A stretch of 64,000 nt of DNA, taken from Candidatus Latescibacterota bacterium. GTDB lineage: Bacteria; Latescibacterota; UBA2968; GCA-2709665. A program made the translations under genes and the position numbers. The DNA is taken from positions 4,416,001 through 4,480,000 of the forward strand of contig OZ244937.1 of assembly GCA_965222075.1 (NCBI GenBank), in the 5' to 3' direction. The notes beneath the pieces are model-generated. The model did not search any database. It was not told where the DNA came from and was given only the letters and a program-made list of their open reading frames with translations. How positions within the stretch are numbered: position 1 is the stretch's first letter; each line of letters starts with the position of its first letter. Positions 57,015-64,000 of this stretch are shown here, one piece after another.

Positions 57015-57683
57015 ATGGAGTTCAAGACCGAGACCGACCTGTTCGACTACATGGAAGCCCACTTTTACGCCGCTGCCCTGGCCGACAGCTTAGACGAGAC
57101 CGGCTTCCGCAACCAGGTCATTGACCCCCGGATCGGCATCCGGCCCCTGCGTTCCGACTTCGTCACCGCCGGCCGCGCCGCTACCCTCCTCAACGCCCCC
57201 GACCCTCGCGAGGACGACCCCTACGAACTGGCTATCAGGGCTGTGGATCAGCTCAAACGGGACAGCCTGATCGTGGCCACCTGGTCCGAACAGCGAGAGC
57301 CGGGAATCATGGGCGAACTCACCGCCACCGCCATGCGGGCCAGAAAATCCCGGGGCGCCGTCGTCGACGGCTACACCCGCGACGCCCGCAAGCTGCTAAG
57401 CATGTCATTTCCTACCTTCGCACGCGGCGCCTCGCCCATCGACACCGCCGGCCGCACGCGCATTGTCGACTACGACTGTCCCGTCCGAATCGGCTACGTG
57501 GAGATCACTCCCGGCGACATCCTCTTCGCCGACTTCGACGGCATCGTCGCCATCCCCAAAGAGGCCGAAGCCGAAGTCATTGAAAAAACCATCGAGCGTG
57601 TTACCACCGAAAACCACGTCCGCAAACACCTCGCCGCAGGCGGAACCATGGCGGAGGCCTGGAGGAAATACCGGGTTTTGTAA
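57015..57683 (+). CDS. RraA/HMG-aldolase family protein
   Basis: MGELTA, GAVVDGYTRD, PGDILFADFDGIVAIP. Confidence 0.88.
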   Translation: MEFKTETDLFDYMEAHFYAAALADSLDETGFRNQVIDPRIGIRPLRSDFVTAGRAATLLNAPDPREDDPYELAIRAVDQLKRDSLIVATWSEQREPGIMGELTATAMRARKSRGAVVDGYTRDARKLLSMSFPTFARGASPIDTAGRTRIVDYDCPVRIGYVEITPGDILFADFDGIVAIPKEAEAEVIEKTIERVTTENHVRKHLAAGGTMAEAWRKYRVL

Positions 57684-57700
57684 ATCAGGTAGGAGCCAAC

Positions 57701-58100
57701 ATGCGGATCGCCCTCGCCGGCTTTATGCACGAATCCAACACCTTTTCGGAAGTCCCCACAACCCTTCAACAGTTTCAGGACGCCAGCCTCAAATATGGGG
57801 CGGACCTCATCCCGGTCTGGGAAGACGCCCACCACGAAATGGGGGGATTTATCCAGGGGGCGAAAGACAACGGATTCGAAGCCGTACCTATCCTCATGAG
57901 TCGGGCAACCCCTTCCGGCCCGGTCACGGAAGAGACCTATGAAAAGATCGTAGGCGACCTCATCGACGGCCTCAAACAGACCGATCCCCTCGACGGCTTG
58001 CTTCTGGCCAGACACCCCCGGCGTGAGCGCCGCCGGCCCGGAGTCCTTCACCTATCACAACCGCCCCAAACCGCTGTATCCGCTCGATCCGGTTGACTGA
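57701..58100 (+). pseudogene. MlrC/M81 metallopeptidase, internally deleted
   Basis: MRIALAGFMHESNTFS...DGLLLA breaks just before the LHGA motif; C-terminal TPGVSAA...FTYHNRPKPLYPLD* follows out of frame. Confidence 0.8.
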
Positions 58101-58133
58101 ATGCAAAACAACGTGCGCCAAAGGAGATCTCCC

Positions 58134-59033
58134 GTGATCCCACTTATCAGCAGCATCTGTTATGGTCCTCTCGAAATTTGCCAGCTTCCCCGCTTCTGGT
58201 GGAAAGTTCTCCTCCGCAAAGCTGGCCTCCTGGATGAGGAATACCCCTACTTTAGCGGCGGCCTGGACAAATCGGTCCTCGAAGTCCTGGACTTAGACAA
58301 AGAGACCACCCTGGCCTACCTGCGGGACACTACGCCCACCTACCTCGAGTTCGAAGCCTGGGTTCTGGAGCAAAAGGGCGGATCACTGGATCGGGACGCT
58401 GTGGAGGGATGGAACGAAGCCGTTCGCACGCGGATTCACACCCGTCCGGAAAAGATCGCCGAAACCTACGGTGACATCGGCTTTGGAGACGACGTCAACA
58501 TCACCTCCGCTGTCGTCCTCAACAGCATGCAGGACTGGCAGCTCTTTTACAGGCGCGACCTCAACGGCGACTTTTCCGGTCTGGGCGGGCAGGTCGTCCC
58601 CCTCATCGCCAGCATCGACTACGGCCCCCTCGAAGTCTGCCAGTTGCCCAGGACCTGGCTCAAAATTCTTCTCAAAGCCAAGGGCCTCCTCCACCCCGAC
58701 TATCCCGACATGACCGAAAGCGGCCTGGACCCCAGGGTCTTGCGCGCCCTCAAGATCGAGCCCGATGCCGCCGTCGCTCACATCCGAGAAACCCTGCCCA
58801 CCTACCTCCAGTTCGAAGCCTGGGTCCTCGAACAAAACGGCGGAGAAATCGACCGGGGGCCGACAGACGAGTGGAACGCATTCATCCGCACGCGCGTCCA
58901 CGCCGGTGAGAAAATTGTCGACATTCACAACACCCTCGGCCTGAAAAACGACGGTGCCCTCACCTCCGCTGTCATCCTCAACCACATCGAAGACTGGCAC
59001 TACGCCCATCAGGGCCTGATGAGCAATCGGTAG
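58134..59033 (+). CDS. Tandem DUF5069-like domain protein
   Basis: Two ~145-aa repeats (PLI.SI.YGPLE.CQLPR.W.K.LL...PTYL.FEAWVLEQ.GG...TSAV.LN...DW); AAGGAG RBS before GTG 58134. Confidence 0.75.
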   Translation: MIPLISSICYGPLEICQLPRFWWKVLLRKAGLLDEEYPYFSGGLDKSVLEVLDLDKETTLAYLRDTTPTYLEFEAWVLEQKGGSLDRDAVEGWNEAVRTRIHTRPEKIAETYGDIGFGDDVNITSAVVLNSMQDWQLFYRRDLNGDFSGLGGQVVPLIASIDYGPLEVCQLPRTWLKILLKAKGLLHPDYPDMTESGLDPRVLRALKIEPDAAVAHIRETLPTYLQFEAWVLEQNGGEIDRGPTDEWNAFIRTRVHAGEKIVDIHNTLGLKNDGALTSAVILNHIEDWHYAHQGLMSNR

Positions 59034-59045
59034 TCCCACCAAGCG

Positions 59046-59072
59046 GCAGGGGCGAGGTACCCTCGCCCCTGC
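59046..59072. repeat. REP-like perfect hairpin
   Basis: GCAGGGGCGAGG-TAC-CCTCGCCCCTGC; related hairpin GGGCGACC-CGTT-GGTCGCCC at ~47586. Confidence 0.65.
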
Positions 59073-59172
59073 AAAACCGCAGATCCACGCCGCTACTGTC
59101 CCGCCGGAGGTCGTCGAGAACCTTGAGAAAGCGAACAGATCAAAGCCTTCAATTGCAGCGCAGCCCGAATCC

Positions 59173-59961
59173 TTATGCCCAGCCGCCCTTGGCCATGATC
59201 CCGCCGTCCACGCAAATTGACTCGCCGGTCATAAACGACGCCCTGTCGCTGGCCAGAAACAGCACCACCTGCCCGATCTCCTCGGGCTGTCCGATGCGGC
59301 CCATCGGATACGCCTCGGCCATCCCCCTCCGAATCGCCTGCTCGTCTCCACCCATGGCTGCCAGCGCCTCGTCCACCAGCGGCGTGTCGATCGTACCCGG
59401 ATTGACCGCCAGCACCCGGATATTGTCTTCTGCGTATTCTAAGGCCAGCTGGCGGGTCAGGGAGAGAATCCCCCCCTTGCTGGCCGCGTAAGCCGATACC
59501 CCCTTCATCGACTGCAGCCCCTGCACACTCGCCGTATTGACGATCACCCCCCCACCCCGCTTCACCATCTCCGGCACGCAGTATTTGGTCATCAGAAAGC
59601 AACTCTTAAGGTTCACATCCAGGATGCGGTCCCACATCTTCTCCGGGAATTCGTGTGCCGGCAGATAACTGTCCGTGGGCTGGATACCCACGTTGTTGCA
59701 CAGCACGTCCACCCCCCCCCACACCGATACCGCCGCCTCGACCAGCGTCCGGCACGCGCTGTTTTGGGCCACATCGGCGCGGTGAAACCGAATTGTGCCA
59801 GGCAGTTCTTCCGACTCGCAGGCCAGCTGCTCCCCGGCCTCCGCGTCCACATCCGCACACAGAACCCGGGCGTCTTCCCGGGCGAACGCCACGCAGATTC
59901 CCCGGCCGATGCCCTTGGCGCCGCCGGTAACGATTACGACCTTATCCTCAAAATCCGACAT
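59173..59961 (-). CDS. Short-chain dehydrogenase/reductase
   Basis: TGGAKGIG, YAASK, PG.IDT. Confidence 0.93.
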   Translation of the reverse strand: MSDFEDKVVIVTGGAKGIGRGICVAFAREDARVLCADVDAEAGEQLACESEELPGTIRFHRADVAQNSACRTLVEAAVSVWGGVDVLCNNVGIQPTDSYLPAHEFPEKMWDRILDVNLKSCFLMTKYCVPEMVKRGGGVIVNTASVQGLQSMKGVSAYAASKGGILSLTRQLALEYAEDNIRVLAVNPGTIDTPLVDEALAAMGGDEQAIRRGMAEAYPMGRIGQPEEIGQVVLFLASDRASFMTGESICVDGGIMAKGGWA

Positions 59962-59998
59962 GGTCTACTCCTGATAGCGTGAGCTTGCATCCCTTTTC

Positions 59999-60784
59999 TT
60001 ATCGGGCATGCGGATGCTCCATAACCGCTCGCTGTTCCTCCGTCATATCCTCAACATAATCAGGAAACGAAACCGTGTGCGTCCCTGCGCTGTAAGCCTG
60101 ATACCCCGGGCTGAACTTATAAAGCAGCGCCCGTCTCTGGTGCTTCCCCTTCCACGGCAGCGTACCGTGTGTCAGCGTCTCGGTAAAAATAACCGCATCC
60201 CCTGCCCTGGCGTGCACCTCCACCACATACTCCTGGTATGCTTCGTATAATCTCATACCGCGCGGGCAGGGAAGGTTCGCCTTATGGCTCCCCGGAACAA
60301 CGGCCACGCCGCCGTCGCCCGGCCCCTCATCCGCCAGCATGTACTCCACTACCGTCAGCCCGCAGTAAATCCTTCCATTCTTGAAAAAATAGGCCTCGGA
60401 AAAGTCGGGCCGCTCCACACCACCCCCGTGCAGCGTGTGGCCTTCGGTTCCCTCTTCCATCGCAATCAACCCCGGCCCGTGGTCCAGCCGATATCCCTTC
60501 CCCAGAATGCCGTTGAGACAAGGCACGATCCGCGGGTGCGCCAGCAACTTCCGAAACGGCTCGCACCAGGGCCTTTCCCACCCCAGCATCCCGCCGATGT
60601 CCATCCGGTGGGAAGTGCCTGCCAGGGCTTTTGAATCGCCCGCCAGCGATCCCTCCCGCTCCTTCAGCCCGTCGATGTGGTGGTCAATCGTCGCATTACA
60701 GCACGCCACCTCCTCGGGCGTCAACGCATCCTTGACGACGAGATAACCCGCCATATCGAACAGATATCTTTCATCCTCGGTCAT
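59999..60784 (-). CDS. Phytanoyl-CoA dioxygenase-like Fe(II)/2-oxoglutarate enzyme
   Basis: FDMAGYLVV, VVPGSHK, AGDAVIF, distal THG, RR; proximal motif LHGG. Confidence 0.85.
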   Translation of the reverse strand: MTEDERYLFDMAGYLVVKDALTPEEVACCNATIDHHIDGLKEREGSLAGDSKALAGTSHRMDIGGMLGWERPWCEPFRKLLAHPRIVPCLNGILGKGYRLDHGPGLIAMEEGTEGHTLHGGGVERPDFSEAYFFKNGRIYCGLTVVEYMLADEGPGDGGVAVVPGSHKANLPCPRGMRLYEAYQEYVVEVHARAGDAVIFTETLTHGTLPWKGKHQRRALLYKFSPGYQAYSAGTHTVSFPDYVEDMTEEQRAVMEHPHAR

Positions 60785-60879
60785 GGAAGCCTCCTTTGTG
60801 GTTTTAGACCCCCCCCCCGGCCCCTCCTCGAAACTGGGGGATCTGTGTCCATCTGTGGTTGCTTTTTGAATTTTTCAGG

Positions 60880-62358
60880 CTAAAGAAATCGTAATCCCCT
60901 TTGACTCATCAAATCCCTCGAATCGATCAGCGTCCGTTTGTCCGTTGGCGAGAACGCCTTCTCCGGCAGCCCCACGAGTTCACCATTCTGAATCCACGCT
61001 TCATCGCTCCCGTATAGATTCTGGATCAGAAGCCCCTTAAGCCGGTTCAGCTCGTCGGCGTACCGGGCATCTCCCGAAAGATCGGTCGTCTCCCGCGGAT
61101 CGTTCTCAATATCGAACAGCTGAACCTGATTCCCGGTCGCGTAATAGATCAACTTGAAGCGCTCGGCGCGGACCATGCGCATCCCGAGGTCTTCCTCAAA
61201 GTGCTCGCCGTACAGGTACTCCCGTCTCTCATCGCTCGCCAGGGAGATGCCGTCCACCCTATCCGGAATCGGCAGCCCGCACATATCCAGCAGCGTCGGC
61301 ATAATATCCCCGAACTCGGCCAGCCGGTCGTCTTCCGTGCCCAGCGCAAAACGTGTATCTCCTCTGGGCGGCACAAGAATAAGTGGAATCTTCGCCGACA
61401 TCTCGTAAAACGGCGTCATGCACCACAGCCCGTGTTCCCCGATCATGTGGCCATGATCGCCGGTAAAGAGGATCAGCGTATCATCCAAGATGCCCTCCTC
61501 CCGCATCAGCCCCATCACCAGCCGGATCTGATGGTCAATGTGCGTGAGCGTTGCGTAAAACGCCCGCCGTGCCTGCGCCTGCTCGTGCCACGGCGCGCCA
61601 CTTAGCGCGCTTAAGCCCGCATTTCGGTACTTGAGCGTATAGGGAAGCTTGTCCGGATCGCTGGACCAGTCCCCCGTTGTCGGCCTGTCGATCTCCACAT
61701 CCCGGTACAGGTCCAGGTAGGCCTGCAAGGGAGTCTGAGGAGGGTGCGGCGCCGAAAAGGACAGGTACCAGAAGCCCGGTTTGCGCGTATCCCGCCGGTG
61801 AATCGTCCGGGACATCTCCCGCACCGCCCAGTTGATCGGGTGGCAGTGTTCGGGCAGGTGCCAGGCGCGGGCCATAAAATCGTTGTGACACATCCCGCTC
61901 GCATACTCCATCCCGGCATACCCCTGGTCCGCAAGGAAAAGCTCGTAATCGTCCGCCCGCCCGTCGAACTGGTGCCGTCCCTGCTCCTCCAGGATCACAT
62001 CGTTGAAACCGATCCGATCCCGCTGGGGGTGAACGTGCAGCTTGCCCACGGCATAGGCCTGGTACCCCGCATTCTGGAAACACTGCGCCATCGTGGGCGT
62101 ATCCGGCATCGGATTCTGTTCCTTAAAACTGCGGTCCCCGTGAGAACGCGCGTTCATCCCCGTCATCAATGTCCGCCGCGCCGGAATGCACGAGGGGCAC
62201 GCCGAATACGCCTGGGTAAACGTCACCCCGCTGCGGCCGAGCTGCGCTAAGGTGGGCGTCATCACCACCGGATGTCCCGCCTGCCGCGTCAACAGCCCGC
62301 TCCAGTGATCCGTACAGATCAACAGTACATTTGGCCGCTTGGAATCGTCAGCCATCAC
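60880..62358 (-). CDS. Sulfatase (S1)
   Basis: RPNVLLICTDH, CIPARRTLMTG, GKLH, GDHG. Confidence 0.92.
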   Translation of the reverse strand: MMADDSKRPNVLLICTDHWSGLLTRQAGHPVVMTPTLAQLGRSGVTFTQAYSACPSCIPARRTLMTGMNARSHGDRSFKEQNPMPDTPTMAQCFQNAGYQAYAVGKLHVHPQRDRIGFNDVILEEQGRHQFDGRADDYELFLADQGYAGMEYASGMCHNDFMARAWHLPEHCHPINWAVREMSRTIHRRDTRKPGFWYLSFSAPHPPQTPLQAYLDLYRDVEIDRPTTGDWSSDPDKLPYTLKYRNAGLSALSGAPWHEQAQARRAFYATLTHIDHQIRLVMGLMREEGILDDTLILFTGDHGHMIGEHGLWCMTPFYEMSAKIPLILVPPRGDTRFALGTEDDRLAEFGDIMPTLLDMCGLPIPDRVDGISLASDERREYLYGEHFEEDLGMRMVRAERFKLIYYATGNQVQLFDIENDPRETTDLSGDARYADELNRLKGLLIQNLYGSDEAWIQNGELVGLPEKAFSPTDKRTLIDSRDLMSQRGLRFL

Positions 62359-62418
62359 CCCCTCCTTCCTATATACACACCGGTTCTTTCCGGGGCCGAC
62401 ATAGGAACTGACCCCCGA

Positions 62419-64000
62419 CTACTCACCCTTGCTTCGAATCACCGGCTCCAAACCCGCCAACATCTCCAGCGTATGGTGGCAAAAAATCCGGTGCCCGTCC
62501 TTTGTCTCGCGCCAGGGTGGGATCTCTGTTTCGCAGACCTTCCCTCCGTCGGGCAGTAGCTCGCGCCGAGGGCAGCGCGTGTGGAACGGGCATCCCGAGG
62601 GTGGGTCGAGCGCGCTGGGAACCGTTCCCTCCATCCGGATCTGTTTCCGCCTAACATCCGGATCTGGAATCGGAGTGGCCGAAAGCAGCGCCTCCGTATA
62701 CGGGTGATAGGGGGGCGCGTAAATCGCCTCGGCCGGGCCGATCTCCATCATCTGTCCCAGATACATCACAGCCGTGTAGTCGGAGAAAAAACGCACAACG
62801 CTCAGATCGTGGGCGATAAAAACCATCGTTGTGCCGTATTGCCTCTGGATATCCAGCAGCAGATTGAGAATGGCAGCCTGAACCGAAACGTCCAGCGAGC
62901 TGACGGGTTCGTCGCACAGCACCAGATCCGGACGGCTGGCGAATGCCCGGGCAATTCCCACCCGCTGTTTCTCACCCCCGCTCAACTGCCTCGGATAGCG
63001 CTCGTAATACCGTTCGTCCAGCCGGACGGCCTTTAAAAGCGCCATCGCTTCGCTGTATACCTGATCTCTGGGAACCGCCCCGAACCGATGCATCACCCGC
63101 CCAATCTGGTACCCCACCGTATAAGAAGGGTTCAACGTCGAATCCGGATTCTGAAACACCATCTGGAGCTCCTGAAGCAGCCCCGGATCCCGCTTCGACA
63201 GCTCCTGCGTCAGATCGGATCCCATAAACTCGGCCCGGCCGTCCGCGCTTCGCTCCAGCCCGATGAGCGTCTTCACCAGCGTGCTCTTTCCACAGCCGGA
63301 CTCCCCCACAATACCGAGCGTCTTGCCCTTCGGCAGACCCACGCTCACCCCGTTGACCGCGCGAACATATTGTTTCTCCTCAAGCCCCAACGCGCCCCTG
63401 AGCGAACCGCTGTGATGTTCATAGTAGGTCTTCAAATCCTCCACCTGCAAAACCGCATCCTCCCTACCCCCCCTGCCCGCCACAGAAGCTGGGACCAGCC
63501 CTTCGGGCGGCTCCCAGGCCGCTGGGTCAGTCTCCTCCGCAAAATGGCAGCGCACCCGGTGGTCCTTTCCGGTCTTTCGCAGCAGGGGAGCCTCTTCGGA
63601 ACAGCGATTCTGCGCATAGGAACACCGGGGCGTAAAGTGACACCCGGCCGGCCAGTCGTCAGGAGAAGGCGCTTGGCCGGGGATGGGATAGAGCATGCTG
63701 CTAAGCTCGCCCAGCTTTGGAACGCAGCGCATCAGTCCCTGCGTGTACGGGTGCTGGGGATGCCTGAAAATCTCACCCACCCCCGCCCGCTCCACGATTT
63801 CGCGCGCATACATCACTCCCACCTGGTCGCACACCCGGGCCACAACCCCTAAGTTGTGGCTGATAAACAGAATCGCCGTATCAAAGTCCTGCCTCAGCTC
63901 ATCGATCAGGTCTAAGACAGCCGCCTCCACCGTTACGTCCAGCGCCGTCGTGGGCTCGTCCATAATCAGCAGCGCCGGGTTGTTCAGCAGCGCCATCGCA
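62419..64000 (-). CDS. Oligopeptide/dipeptide ABC transporter ATP-binding protein, two fused ATPase domains (5' partial)
   Basis: DEPTTALD, HPYT, GCHFTPRC; GESGCGKST, LSGGEKQR, DEPVSSLD, GCPFHTRC. Confidence 0.93.
   Translation of the reverse strand, partial: AMALLNNPALLIMDEPTTALDVTVEAAVLDLIDELRQDFDTAILFISHNLGVVARVCDQVGVMYAREIVERAGVGEIFRHPQHPYTQGLMRCVPKLGELSSMLYPIPGQAPSPDDWPAGCHFTPRCSYAQNRCSEEAPLLRKTGKDHRVRCHFAEETDPAAWEPPEGLVPASVAGRGGREDAVLQVEDLKTYYEHHSGSLRGALGLEEKQYVRAVNGVSVGLPKGKTLGIVGESGCGKSTLVKTLIGLERSADGRAEFMGSDLTQELSKRDPGLLQELQMVFQNPDSTLNPSYTVGYQIGRVMHRFGAVPRDQVYSEAMALLKAVRLDERYYERYPRQLSGGEKQRVGIARAFASRPDLVLCDEPVSSLDVSVQAAILNLLLDIQRQYGTTMVFIAHDLSVVRFFSDYTAVMYLGQMMEIGPAEAIYAPPYHPYTEALLSATPIPDPDVRRKQIRMEGTVPSALDPPSGCPFHTRCPRRELLPDGGKVCETEIPPWRETKDGHRIFCHHTLEMLAGLEPVIRSKGE

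Overview
High-GC bacterial chromosome segment. The gene content (many sulfatases, a PhyH-like dioxygenase, DUF6785-type membrane proteins, a TonB receptor plus PorV locus) resembles Latescibacterota/Poribacteria-like FCB-group genomes; this is an inference. Positions 1-27.5 kb are an accessory sugar/sulfate-ester catabolic region: two sulfatases, a DegT aminotransferase, a Gfo/Idh/MocA-DUF1080 fusion, two near-identical PL11-like propeller paralogs and three DUF6785-family copies. It also holds a LacI-controlled TonB-dependent receptor / T9SS-CTD protein / PorV-like operon bracketed by duplicated gene remnants, and many gene stubs and internally deleted pseudogenes. Positions 27.7-38.1 kb are housekeeping genes: radC, DUF62, a HAD-YvcK fusion plus a second HAD, comF, and pfk-gap-pgk-tpiA-secG-tRNA-Leu(GAG). 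The + strand switches from G-rich to C-rich at about 38-40 kb. Positions 38.3-64 kb carry an ankyrin protein, TIM-barrel enzymes, GT2-radical SAM-GT2, peptidases, an SSS transporter, larB, an unannotated 42-aa gene, dksA, nth, polX, a tandem DUF5069-like protein, an SDR, a PhyH-like enzyme, a sulfatase and an ABC ATPase. Intergenic spaces contain nested miniature palindromic repeats. No CRISPR, rRNA, integrase or transposase was found. All family calls come from motif recognition by eye, not database searches.
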